Of a stretch of DNA of 64,000 bases, positions 19,095 through 28,634 are shown one piece after another; the stretch's first letter is position 1; every line of letters begins with the position of its first letter. The position numbers and the translations under genes were made by a program. The stretch covers positions 38,379 through 102,378 of the forward strand of contig CAWDNL010000003.1 in the NCBI GenBank assembly GCA_963803745.1, given 5' to 3'. The stretch comes from an uncultured Acidimicrobiaceae bacterium (GTDB taxonomy: Bacteria > Actinomycetota > Acidimicrobiia > Acidimicrobiales > RAAP-2). The notes below the pieces were generated by a model that saw only the letters and a list, made by a program, of their open reading frames with translations, did no database searches and was not told the origin of the DNA.

Positions 19095-19769
19095 TCAACG
19101 CAACGCGACTAGAACCTCGGCCAGTCGATCGAGGGCGACCCTTGTTCGCTCGCCCCACCAAAAGAGATCCCTCCCGTCTAGGAACGTCGTCGGTGCCACG
19201 GTTTCGAGCTCTGGGAGTTGGCGAGCAGTGAATGGATAGGGCTCACTCGGTGCCAGCACCACGTCCGGGCGACGGTCCGTCGCCTCGCTGAGATCAATTG
19301 TGGGGTAGGGCCCCTCTCCTTCGAACACGTTGGCGACACCCAGCTGCGCCAGAACCGATGAACCGTAGGTGGGTGAACCCAGGGCCATCCAGGGGCGACG
19401 CCAAATCGGAATGAACGCGCACATAAAAGTGAGTGCTGGCGGCGCAAGGTCAAGCGGCTCCCAGGAGGCGTCAACACGTCGTGCGAGATCGGTCATTGAA
19501 GGATTGACATCGCGCAGCGAGCGAACCCTCAGTACATGGACGTTGAGACCACGTTCAATGAGTGCGGAGTAGTCCTCGAGACGATTCTCTTCGGCGTCCA
19601 TGACGACGAGATCCGGATTGAGTTCGACGATTCGATCGAGCTTGGGATCCTTGGTGCCTCCGACGTGCGCAAGATCCGGCCGTTCACAGAAGCGCGTGCA
19701 GGCAATAGGTTCGCGATTCCACGCCGAGAGTGTCTCCGTTATCGAGGGAACCAGACTTACGATTCTCAC
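19095..19769 (-). CDS. BtuF/TroA-like helical-backbone binding protein lacking a signal peptide
   Basis: 224 aa. The MRIVSLVPSITETL N-terminus is typical of class III periplasmic-binding-fold proteins, but no signal or lipobox is present. Confidence 0.7.
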   Translation of the reverse strand: MRIVSLVPSITETLSAWNREPIACTRFCERPDLAHVGGTKDPKLDRIVELNPDLVVMDAEENRLEDYSALIERGLNVHVLRVRSLRDVNPSMTDLARRVDASWEPLDLAPPALTFMCAFIPIWRRPWMALGSPTYGSSVLAQLGVANVFEGEGPYPTIDLSEATDRRPDVVLAPSEPYPFTARQLPELETVAPTTFLDGRDLFWWGERTRVALDRLAEVLVALR

Positions 19770-19814
19770 GTGAGCCGCCGCCGTCTTCGCTTGGCAATCG
19801 ACCGAAGCTGCAAG

Positions 19815-21272
19815 CTAAAGATTCTGTTCGAACTCCTGGATAATGGCAACCCGGTCTTCTTTCTCGGGCATCTTGAAGTACGGCACGTGTTTGGACCAGT
19901 AGTAGAACATCGGAATTAAGCCAAGGGCCATAGCGCCGAGGCCGATGTAGACCGTCGCCGGGTCCGAGTCCCAGAGACCAGGAATCGACTCGTAGAACAT
20001 GTAGCCCATGAAACAGGCGCCGATCATTGGCCACAGACCCATAAAGACAAAGTTGTTGACACTCTTCCTGAGCTCTCGGCGAAATAACACCACGACGGCG
20101 AATCCGGCCAAGCAGTAGTAGATGCAGATCTGAAGGCCAATCGCGTCGATGCCGTCGGTCAGAATTTTGCTCACTGAACCGATGAACTGGCCAAAGACGA
20201 AGAGCAGCAGCGAGATCAGCGTGACGATGGCTGTAGCAAAAATGGGCGTCTTGCGCTTCTGATTGACCGTGCCGAATCGTTTGGGCAACGTGTTGTCTCG
20301 GCCCATCGAGAACATCGTTCTGGTGACCTGGATCAGCGTCGTCTCCAGCGTGGCGATGGTGGAAAGCACCACCGCGAGCACGATGAACTTGCCGCCGGTC
20401 CCTCGCCACACTTCTTGTCCCAGGGCGCTGAGCACGTCTGCTTCGTTGCGATTGATCTGACCTGACGTCAAGACCATGTTGGTCGCGATCGTGAACACTT
20501 CAAAGAGAACGAACACGATGAGCACACCAATGATGGCGCCGAGTCCCGGAGTCTTCTTCGCTCCTTTGGTCTCCTCATTGAGGTTCGCCGTCACGTCCCA
20601 GCCCCAGTAGTAAAAGGCGGCGATCAGAGCGCCGGCGACGAAGCCTGCCTGACCGTGGAAAATGCTGGGCGAGAACCAGTGCCAGGTGAAGGTGTGCACG
20701 TGGTGTCCGTGAAAGATGGCCAGTATCGCGAAGAGGACCAGCAGGGCCAACTCGATACAGGACATCACGATCTGCACCGACACCGTGATGGTCACGCCGG
20801 CCGCGACGGCACAGACCATCGCCAAGAAGAACACCGCGCCGACCAGGGTCACATCGGTGGTGTTGTTCGCCGCCGCATTGGAAAAGAGTCCGAGCACGTT
20901 GGCGCCGGCGGGAACGGTCGCGATCACCATGAAGATGAGCGCCGAGACGATCAACGCCCAACCCGACATGAAACCCAGCAAGGGGTGCAGTGCCCGGCGG
21001 ACCCACGAGTACGCGGCGCCCGAGTTGGCTTCGACGCGACCGAGATAACTAAACGCAAAGACGATGCCGAACATCGCGATCCCGCAGTAGAGCAACGCGC
21101 CGGCACCGCCGAGCGCGACGGCGGCGATGAGAGCGCCCGTAGAAGCGGCGATGGAGTAGGCCGGCGCTACACCGGCGACACCCATGATCACGGAGTCGAA
21201 CAGTCCGAGAACTCCCGCCCGGAGGGCGTGCTCCGGCGTAGCTGAATCGAAGACTTCCAGGGTGTCGGCCAA
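19815..21272 (-). CDS. APC-family amino acid/polyamine permease
   Basis: 485 aa with about 12 TM segments. TTG start with AAGGAG 10 nt upstream. Confidence 0.9.
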   Translation of the reverse strand: MADTLEVFDSATPEHALRAGVLGLFDSVIMGVAGVAPAYSIAASTGALIAAVALGGAGALLYCGIAMFGIVFAFSYLGRVEANSGAAYSWVRRALHPLLGFMSGWALIVSALIFMVIATVPAGANVLGLFSNAAANNTTDVTLVGAVFFLAMVCAVAAGVTITVSVQIVMSCIELALLVLFAILAIFHGHHVHTFTWHWFSPSIFHGQAGFVAGALIAAFYYWGWDVTANLNEETKGAKKTPGLGAIIGVLIVFVLFEVFTIATNMVLTSGQINRNEADVLSALGQEVWRGTGGKFIVLAVVLSTIATLETTLIQVTRTMFSMGRDNTLPKRFGTVNQKRKTPIFATAIVTLISLLLFVFGQFIGSVSKILTDGIDAIGLQICIYYCLAGFAVVVLFRRELRKSVNNFVFMGLWPMIGACFMGYMFYESIPGLWDSDPATVYIGLGAMALGLIPMFYYWSKHVPYFKMPEKEDRVAIIQEFEQNL

Positions 21273-21425
21273 GGTTACCGATCTCCTTTGCTAGGTATCA
21301 CCTTCTGCAATAAATGGGGTGAGACAAGGTAACACGAACGGTGGCTCACACGAGGCCCGGTAACGTTGATTAAGTGATGTGCCACACGCGACGTATGGCG
21401 TCGATCAACGATTGGGCGAGGTTTC

Positions 21426-23174
21426 TTGCGCGACACCGTGCCGACGCCTAACGAGAAAGACCGCACCGTGCCACTTCTACAACGATTCGACGACGACTCG
21501 ATTGCGCCGCTCACCCCCGAAGAGCTCAAAGCGCGCTGGGTCAGCTTTCACCACGAGATTCGTCGACTCTCGGGCACCCGGCTACAGCGCATCGCTGGGC
21601 GCATGCTCGGAGAAGACACGTTTCGTTACGCCTTCGCTCGCACGATCTTTCGCCCGCCCCTTCGCGCGTGGCGAAAGTGGCGCAAAAGAGACGTCAAAAA
21701 AATCACATTGATATCAGCGGCGAAAGCCGCCGAGATCTTCCCAGTGAACTATCGCCCCCGCGTCATTGACTACGAACTCGAGTTGGCAAGTATGGAGATC
21801 GACCTCAGCGATGTCGCCATTGTCGAGGTCGATGAAACGGAGCCCACCGCCGCGGTCGTCATCGAGGTTCTCAACAAGACGCTCAATGAAACCACCGCCG
21901 AATGGATCTTCCTTTGCGACGTGTCAATGCCCGAAGCGAGTCGGCGTTTCAGCGTCGCGAAGCTTCTCGCGCACGCAACGCGCGACGACGATGTCGTCTT
22001 CGCCGACGAGGCCGGCCCCAACCAGTTCGCTCCTCTCTTAAAGAGCCCGGGCGTCGGTCCCCACACCCTTCTCAGTTACAACGTGGTTGGTCGCCCGTCC
22101 CTCGTGCGAGTGGAAACACTCTTTGCGGCCGGTGGCTTCTCCACCGATGCCGGCTGGGCCTACGAACACGACGCCTATCTTCGACTCAGTGAAGCCCAGG
22201 CCACGTTTCACCACCTGGCGCGTGTTCTTCCGGCCGGTCGCGGCGAAGCGGACTTCGACGCCACGCGGATGAATACCGACACGCGTGACGTGGTACAGGC
22301 CGCACTCACACGGCGTGGCTGGCGCGGCACCGTCTCCCCCGGTGCGCTGCCGGGACTGGTCTCGTGGTCTCTCGAAGCACCAACGCCCGCACCGTCGATC
22401 GACATCATCATTCCCACGAGAGACCGCATCGAACTCGTGCGCCAGTGCATTGGGGCGATCGAAGAGAAGACGACGTACCCGAACTACGACATCATCATTC
22501 TCGACAACGACTCGATCGAAGAGGAGGCGTTGTCGTACTTCAACGAGACGAAGTACGCGGTGGTCCCGTGTCCGGGACCTTTTAATTACGCCAAAATCGT
22601 CAACCGGGGCGTCAACCACTCCAGCGCGGACTACGTGGTGACTCTCAACAACGACACCGTCGTCGTCACGCCTGATTGGCTCGAACAGATGGTGGCCTTG
22701 GCGTCGCTGGATGACGTTGGCGTGGTGGGCGGGTGTCTGCTCGACCCCGACGGACGACGCGAACACGAAAGCATCGTGATCTCTCCCTATCCCCAGCACC
22801 TACGCACCGACTCCAACTACCCCCACGTCGACTATTTCTCCCTCGCAACACGCGACGTGGCGGCGGTCACGGGCGCCGTGCAGATGGTCGAGCGAAAGTT
22901 CTGGCAGCACCTCGGCGGTATGGACGAAGAGTTAGAGGTCGTGATGAACGATGTCGACCTCTGCCTGCGCAGTCAGATGGAAGGCCGTTACGTCGTCTAC
23001 ACCCCGACCGTCAAGCTCTTTCATCACGTTGGGTCCTCGCGCGGGGACCTTGATCCGCTGGACGATCGCAACCGATTCATTCGGCGTTGGGACATCTTTG
23101 GTACGTTCCGCGACCCGTACTTTCCTGAGTCACTTCTCCTCCTGGGCGAGAAGATGTACTTCTTCGTCCGATGA
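21426..23174 (+). CDS. Family 2 glycosyltransferase (GT-A) with a roughly 310-aa N-terminal extension
   Basis: The C-terminal half has IIIPTRDR, ILDNDS (DxD-type), LNNDT and DVDLCLR motifs. The N-terminal half looks like a degenerate GT-A-like domain. The start is uncertain. Confidence 0.8.
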   Translation: MRDTVPTPNEKDRTVPLLQRFDDDSIAPLTPEELKARWVSFHHEIRRLSGTRLQRIAGRMLGEDTFRYAFARTIFRPPLRAWRKWRKRDVKKITLISAAKAAEIFPVNYRPRVIDYELELASMEIDLSDVAIVEVDETEPTAAVVIEVLNKTLNETTAEWIFLCDVSMPEASRRFSVAKLLAHATRDDDVVFADEAGPNQFAPLLKSPGVGPHTLLSYNVVGRPSLVRVETLFAAGGFSTDAGWAYEHDAYLRLSEAQATFHHLARVLPAGRGEADFDATRMNTDTRDVVQAALTRRGWRGTVSPGALPGLVSWSLEAPTPAPSIDIIIPTRDRIELVRQCIGAIEEKTTYPNYDIIILDNDSIEEEALSYFNETKYAVVPCPGPFNYAKIVNRGVNHSSADYVVTLNNDTVVVTPDWLEQMVALASLDDVGVVGGCLLDPDGRREHESIVISPYPQHLRTDSNYPHVDYFSLATRDVAAVTGAVQMVERKFWQHLGGMDEELEVVMNDVDLCLRSQMEGRYVVYTPTVKLFHHVGSSRGDLDPLDDRNRFIRRWDIFGTFRDPYFPESLLLLGEKMYFFVR

Positions 23175-23215
23175 TCCGTCTCGTTCGCTCCAATCGACCC
23201 TTGTAGCCTAAGAAG

Positions 23216-25471
23216 GTGCAATCGACAGGGGGACGACTGATCGGCGCGTATCGCCGACTTTCCCCGACCACTAAGGCGATCGCGCTCATTGTGCTCGTCG
23301 TTCTCTTGGCGAACGGCATGTACGTGTTCGGGCTCGCCAATAACGATCCCATCTCGTGGACGGCCGGCATCTCGCACCACCTGTGTCGCATCACGTGCGG
23401 TCGGCCAGCGATCGACCCCAACGTTGGCTTCGTGACCCAGACGCTCGGACACGAAGCAGCGATGGACATCTTGCACGGCCATTTCCCGTGGTGGACCTAC
23501 ACTCAGGGGCTCGGCCAACCGCTCGCCGGTGAGATGCAGTCGGCGGCACTTTTCCCGCTGACGCTGCTCTTCGCTCTCTCCTCCGGCCTGGTCTGGTTCC
23601 ACATCTCGCTCGAAGTCATTGCGGGAATCTCGACGTACTTCTTGGCGCGCCGACTGTCGTTGCCCATCTTCTTCGCCACGTTCGCGGGCATCCTCTTCGC
23701 CCTGAATGGAACCTACGCCTGGCTCGGTAACTCCGTCCTCAATCCCGTTGCCTTCTTGCCCATGCTCATCCTTGGCATTGAGATGGTGTGCGACAGCGCG
23801 TCGAGTACCACCAAACGCGGCTGGTACATCATGGCGATTGGTCTCGCGCTGTCCGTGTACGCGGGTTTCCCCGAAGTCGCTTATATCGACGGCCTCTTCG
23901 CGATCGTGTGGGGAATCGTTCGTTTCTTTGGCGTACCGCGCCTGCAGCGCCCTCGCGCGCTTCGACGTCTCACGCTCGGAGGAGTCGTTGGCATCATCCT
24001 CGCACTGCCCGCCCTCGTTCCCTTCGAGGACTACCTCAAGGTCGGCTATATCGGCAGCCACACGTCCCAGTCGGACGGCTCGCTCAACCTGCCCCACTTC
24101 GCCCTGCCCACGTTCTTCGACCCCTATGTCTACGGAACCATTTTCTCCAACACGAAGGTGGACGCCATGTGGGGCGGGATTGGCGGCTACTTCGGTGCGA
24201 GCGTCTGCGCCCTCGCACTCGTGGGTCTCTTCGGCAAGAAACAACGACGTCTACGAATCTTTCTCGGAGTGTGGACAGTGGTCGCCATGGCCGGCGCCTT
24301 CAATTTTCTCGATTTCCACAAACTCTGGAACCTGATCCCTATCGTCAGCCGATCATCGTTTGAGCGTTACAGCACGCCGAGTTGCGAACTCGCCATCATC
24401 GTGCTCGCCGCCTTCGGGCTCTATGACTTCACGCAGAGCGTTCGCGCGAAGCGACTCCTCACCACGGCGAGCGCCTTGATGGTGCTCGTCATCGTCTGGT
24501 GCATCTATGAGGCGCGAACATACAACGCGGGGATGACCTTCGGTTCAAGGAAGATTCACATCGTATTCATCGGCCTGCAGTGCCTGCCCTTCATCGCCCT
24601 GTTCTTGCTCCTCGTGTTCAGTCGATTTCATCGCTTTCGCTTCACGCCACTTCTCCTCGCACTCGTCGTGGTCGGTGAGTCGATGCTCCTCTTCTTCGTG
24701 CCGACAGCCGAGTCGCCCAAGCAGATCACCATCGACTACGCCCCCATTACCTTCCTGCAAAAGAACCAGGGTCAGGAACGCTTTGTGGACTTCGCTGTCT
24801 TGTACCCCAACTGGGGCACCTACTTCGGCATCAATGAGCTGAGCGACATCGATCTGCCGTTCCCCAAGAGCCTGAAGAACTTCATTGAAAAGGATCTTCG
24901 TCCCGGTCTCACTCCGGGCAACCAGTTCGTAGTGAAGGGCGGCCTGGTTGGCGTTGAGATTCTCGAGCACGCGGTCAACAACCACTTCAAACAGTACGAG
25001 GACGCCTCCGTCAAGTACTTGTTGATGCCGAGTTCCGTCGTGCTGCTACCGGGCCTCGTGAAGCGCGGGGTGACCGAGGTCTATCACGATCCACTCGCCA
25101 CCATCTACCAGATGCCCGATCCGCGACCCTTCTTCTCGACACCGTCGTCCTCGTGCGCCGTCACCAGCACCAACGACAACTCCGTCACGGTGAGCTGCCC
25201 GAGTGCGACGACACTGCTGCGCACCGAGCTGTCGATGAAGGGCTGGAAGGCCTTTGTCAATGGCCACGAGGTACCGATCACCACCGTTCACCACGTGTAC
25301 CAAGAGGTCTCCGTGCCCGCCGGCACTTCTACCGTGACCTACAGCTTCTCGCCACCGCACGAACGAGACGCGCTCATACTCGGGTTTCTCGGTGGGCTCT
25401 TTCTGATTGGCTCCTTCGTCAACGAACGGCGCCCCTTTATTCCGACCCGGCGACGTCCGAAGCACCAGTGA
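23216..25471 (+). CDS. Large polytopic membrane protein, YfhO/GT-C-like
   Basis: 751 aa. Many TM segments, then a roughly 220-aa non-hydrophobic domain and a final C-terminal TM. The N-terminal HGHFPWWTYTQGLGQPLAGEMQSAALFPL resembles the YfhO-family entry motif; this rests on my memory of the family, not a search. Confidence 0.55.
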   Translation: MQSTGGRLIGAYRRLSPTTKAIALIVLVVLLANGMYVFGLANNDPISWTAGISHHLCRITCGRPAIDPNVGFVTQTLGHEAAMDILHGHFPWWTYTQGLGQPLAGEMQSAALFPLTLLFALSSGLVWFHISLEVIAGISTYFLARRLSLPIFFATFAGILFALNGTYAWLGNSVLNPVAFLPMLILGIEMVCDSASSTTKRGWYIMAIGLALSVYAGFPEVAYIDGLFAIVWGIVRFFGVPRLQRPRALRRLTLGGVVGIILALPALVPFEDYLKVGYIGSHTSQSDGSLNLPHFALPTFFDPYVYGTIFSNTKVDAMWGGIGGYFGASVCALALVGLFGKKQRRLRIFLGVWTVVAMAGAFNFLDFHKLWNLIPIVSRSSFERYSTPSCELAIIVLAAFGLYDFTQSVRAKRLLTTASALMVLVIVWCIYEARTYNAGMTFGSRKIHIVFIGLQCLPFIALFLLLVFSRFHRFRFTPLLLALVVVGESMLLFFVPTAESPKQITIDYAPITFLQKNQGQERFVDFAVLYPNWGTYFGINELSDIDLPFPKSLKNFIEKDLRPGLTPGNQFVVKGGLVGVEILEHAVNNHFKQYEDASVKYLLMPSSVVLLPGLVKRGVTEVYHDPLATIYQMPDPRPFFSTPSSSCAVTSTNDNSVTVSCPSATTLLRTELSMKGWKAFVNGHEVPITTVHHVYQEVSVPAGTSTVTYSFSPPHERDALILGFLGGLFLIGSFVNERRPFIPTRRRPKHQ

Positions 25472-25505
25472 AGGCCGCCCACACGGTCGAGTACCTTGAG
25501 GCCGT

Positions 25506-26303
25506 ATGACCAAGGAGTCCGTAAACCGCGTTGACGAGATCGATCTTTCGAAGTCGATGTCCAAGGAGGAGTCCGACAAGCGCGTCATCAAAGCCCAGCA
25601 CCGTCTCACGCAACTTCGACTCTTCAGCGCCGGGCTCTTAGAGCCTCACATCGTCGGGCCTGGTCTGATCGTGCTCTTCGAGGGCTTCGACGCCGCCGGT
25701 AAGGGCGGCGCCATTCGTCGCTTGACCGCGAGTATCGACCCCCGTCACGTGCGCGTAAAGCCGGTCGGTCCACCGACGGAAGAGGAACTGCGTCACTTCT
25801 TTCTCTGGCGCTTTCAAAACGTAATCCCGGGACGCGGCGAGATGACAGTCTTCGATCGCTCCTGGTACGGACGACTCCTGGTGGAACGGGTCGAAAAGCT
25901 GATCGACAAGGAGACCGTGGAGTTGTCGGCCCAAGAGATCGTGGAGTTCGAGCGAATGCTCACCAACGACCAGACCACCATCGTCAAGTTCTGGCTGCAC
26001 ATTTCGGATGAAGAGCAGTTGCGACGTTTCAACGAGCGGGCCGACGATCCCCTGAAGCACTGGAAGCTAACGCCCGACGACTGGCGTAATCGCGAAAAGC
26101 GCCCCGCGTACTTAAAGGCCTTGGAGTACATGGTCGAGACCACGGACCAGAAGCACGCGCAGTGGGACTTGATTCCCGCTGAGAATAAGCACTACGCCCG
26201 CGTGGCGGTGCTGGAGACACTGATCGAACGTTGGGTACACGACTTGCGGCGCCACGGTCATGAAGTACCGGCACCGCATAAGGGCGACTATCTGGGTGGG
26301 TAG
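25506..26303 (+). CDS. ppk2: Polyphosphate kinase 2 (single-domain PPK2)
   Basis: FEGFDAAGKGGAIRRL Walker-A-like motif and FDRSWYGRLLVERV lid motif. Confidence 0.9.
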   Translation: MTKESVNRVDEIDLSKSMSKEESDKRVIKAQHRLTQLRLFSAGLLEPHIVGPGLIVLFEGFDAAGKGGAIRRLTASIDPRHVRVKPVGPPTEEELRHFFLWRFQNVIPGRGEMTVFDRSWYGRLLVERVEKLIDKETVELSAQEIVEFERMLTNDQTTIVKFWLHISDEEQLRRFNERADDPLKHWKLTPDDWRNREKRPAYLKALEYMVETTDQKHAQWDLIPAENKHYARVAVLETLIERWVHDLRRHGHEVPAPHKGDYLGG

Positions 26304-26340
26304 GTCGCGCTCGCGGCGCGCAATCTGAAACACTGAGACC

Positions 26341-27294
26341 ATGACTACTCGCTACGGCATCACCATTCCCTTTGACGGCGTCACCTTGCTCGAACACCGC
26401 GAGTGGTTCAACCGCCTCGCCGATCTCGGTTACAGCGACGTCTGGTCGGCCGAGGTCGACGGCGCTGACGGCTTCACGCCACTCGTCGTGGCGGCGCTCA
26501 GCGAAACTCGCCTCAACCTCGGTGTCGCCGTGACGCCCGTGTTCACGCGAGGTCCAGGGCTGCTGGCGATGAGTATCGCCGCCATGGCTGAAGTCGCCAG
26601 CGGACGTTTCATCATGGGTCTCGGAGCGTCAAGCCAACCGGTGGTCGAACGTTGGAACGGCGTCACCTACGACCGTCCCTACGCGAGGACCCGCGACACG
26701 CTGCGCTTCGTGAAGCGAGCGCTGGATGGCGAGAAGATTGACGAAGCTTTCGAGACCTTCGAGGTGCACGGCTTCAAGCTGTCGCGGCCCGTCATTGAAC
26801 GGCCCCCCATTCTCCTCGGTGCCCTTCGGCCGGGCATGCTGCGACTGGCGGGACGAGAGGCCGACGGTGCCATCCTCAACTGGCTCGCCGTTAAAGACGT
26901 GGCCCAGTGCCGCGCCGAAGTCGGCGACGGCAAGACGATTGCCGCGCGACTGTTCGTGATCCCGACGGAAGACGCGGACACCGCTCGCTTCATCGCCCGA
27001 CGGATGATCTCGTCGTACTTAACGGTGCCCACCTACGCGGAGTTTCACCGCTGGCTCGGCCGCGGCGACGCGCTCTCACCCATGTGGGAAGCGTGGTCGG
27101 CGGGCGACAGAAAATTAGCCAACGAAGTCATCCCCGACTCGGTCGTCGACGAGTTGGTGATTCACGGCTCCTACGACGCCTGTAGAGAACACGTGCTGCG
27201 CTACATCGAAGCCGGCGTCGAAGTACCGACGATCGCCATCGTGCCTTTCGGCATTGACCTAAAAGAAGCCGTCGAGGGCCTCGCGCCGCGTTAG
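26341..27294 (+). CDS. LLM-class (luciferase-like) F420-dependent oxidoreductase
   Basis: 317 aa. TIM-barrel LLM pattern (GYSDVWSAEVDGADGFTPL, GLGASSQPVVERWNG). Confidence 0.8.
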   Translation: MTTRYGITIPFDGVTLLEHREWFNRLADLGYSDVWSAEVDGADGFTPLVVAALSETRLNLGVAVTPVFTRGPGLLAMSIAAMAEVASGRFIMGLGASSQPVVERWNGVTYDRPYARTRDTLRFVKRALDGEKIDEAFETFEVHGFKLSRPVIERPPILLGALRPGMLRLAGREADGAILNWLAVKDVAQCRAEVGDGKTIAARLFVIPTEDADTARFIARRMISSYLTVPTYAEFHRWLGRGDALSPMWEAWSAGDRKLANEVIPDSVVDELVIHGSYDACREHVLRYIEAGVEVPTIAIVPFGIDLKEAVEGLAPR

Positions 27295-28601
27295 ACGGAG
27301 GCGGCTTCTAAGAACTCCAAGACGTCGGCGAACTTGATTCGCGCCGCAGCCGCGCGGGTCGGTATGTGGTCGCTCGGTATCTCTCGAGGTTCGTAGTTCT
27401 TGAGCGCGTGACGCGCCACCGTTTGACGGTGCACTTCGTCCGGCCCGTCGTAGATGCGCGCCGCTCGCGCCGCGCGGTACATCGCCTCGAGCGGCATGTC
27501 CGAGGAGTAGCCGAGCGAGCCGTAGACCTGAATCGCCCGATCGATCACGTTGTGCAACACGTCCGCGCCGTAGTACTTGATCATGGCGATCTCGTCGCGC
27601 GAGGCCGACGCGCCGACCTGGTCCATCTTCCACGCCGCGTGCAACGTCATGAGGCGCGCTGCCTGCATCTCAGCCTTGGAGTCGGCGATCCAGTTCTGTA
27701 CGGTCTGCTTCTCGGCGAGGAGCGAACCGTGGGTGTAACGGCTGAGCGCTCGTTCGCACATCATGTCGAAGGCTCGCTGGGACTGTCCGAGCCATCGCAT
27801 GCAGTGATGAATCCGTCCGGGACCAAGGCGTGTCTGGGCCAACAAGAAGCCCGAGCCTTCGGGGCCGATCAAGTGGTCGCTCGGTACGCGGACGTCCTCA
27901 TAGAGGATCTCTGCGTGGTTGCCGAAACGTCCGTAGATGACGTCGGGGTGGTCCATGGCGCCAACGTCGCGCAGAATCGTGACGCCCGTGGTGTCGACGG
28001 GCACCACGAACATCGACGATCCCTGGTAGGGGTGGACTTCGGGGTTCGTGACGGCCATGACGATCAAGATCTGCGCCACGGAACCGTTCGTGGTGTACCA
28101 CTTTCGTCCGTTGATGACCCACTCGTCGCCGTCTTTCACCGCGCGCGTCTTGAGCAGTCGCGGGTCACTGCCCGCGGTGTTGGGCTCGGTCATGGAGAAG
28201 CCCGAGCGAATCTCACCACTCAAGAGCGGATTGAGCCAGCGCTCTCGAATGTCCTCGCGACCGGTCATCTCCATCCCCGCCGCCAGCAGCTCGGCGTTGC
28301 CACTGTCGGGCGCGTTGTTGCCAAAGACGACCGGTCCGTACATGCTCTGACCGAGGATCTCGTGCATGAGGCCGAGCTTCACCTGACCAAAGCCCATGCC
28401 GCCGAGCTCTGGAGGTAGGTGCGCGGCCCACAGGCCCCTCGCCTTCACTTCGTCTTGCAAGGGTTTGATCAGAGTCAGGATCTGGTCGTGCTCGAGGTCA
28501 AGGGTCTCGATCGGCATGATCTCCTCGCGCAGGAAGCCTCGCATCCACGCGAGCTGTTCTTCGAACGCTTCATCGGTTGAAAAGTCCCACGCCATGGCCA
28601 C
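27291..28601 (-). CDS. Acyl-CoA dehydrogenase family protein
   Basis: 436 aa. ACAD middle-domain and C-terminal motifs (GFSMTEPNTAGSD, IYDGPDEVH). Confidence 0.9.
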   Translation of the reverse strand: MAMAWDFSTDEAFEEQLAWMRGFLREEIMPIETLDLEHDQILTLIKPLQDEVKARGLWAAHLPPELGGMGFGQVKLGLMHEILGQSMYGPVVFGNNAPDSGNAELLAAGMEMTGREDIRERWLNPLLSGEIRSGFSMTEPNTAGSDPRLLKTRAVKDGDEWVINGRKWYTTNGSVAQILIVMAVTNPEVHPYQGSSMFVVPVDTTGVTILRDVGAMDHPDVIYGRFGNHAEILYEDVRVPSDHLIGPEGSGFLLAQTRLGPGRIHHCMRWLGQSQRAFDMMCERALSRYTHGSLLAEKQTVQNWIADSKAEMQAARLMTLHAAWKMDQVGASASRDEIAMIKYYGADVLHNVIDRAIQVYGSLGYSSDMPLEAMYRAARAARIYDGPDEVHRQTVARHALKNYEPREIPSDHIPTRAAAARIKFADVLEFLEAASV

Positions 28602-28634
28602 CTCACTGTTGAGCCAAGACTAGGGCACGAGAAA

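Noticed and set aside
23024-24244. A 406-aa ORF antisense to the YfhO-like gene. Similar long antisense or out-of-frame ORFs occur at, for example, 15535-16239, 16857-17633, 27366-28418, 33477-34106 and 63000-63866.
   Set aside because: The products are Arg/Gly/Asp/His-rich low-complexity sequences with no motifs. Each lies opposite or overlapping an ORF with clear family motifs. Stop-poor alternative frames are expected in GC-rich DNA.
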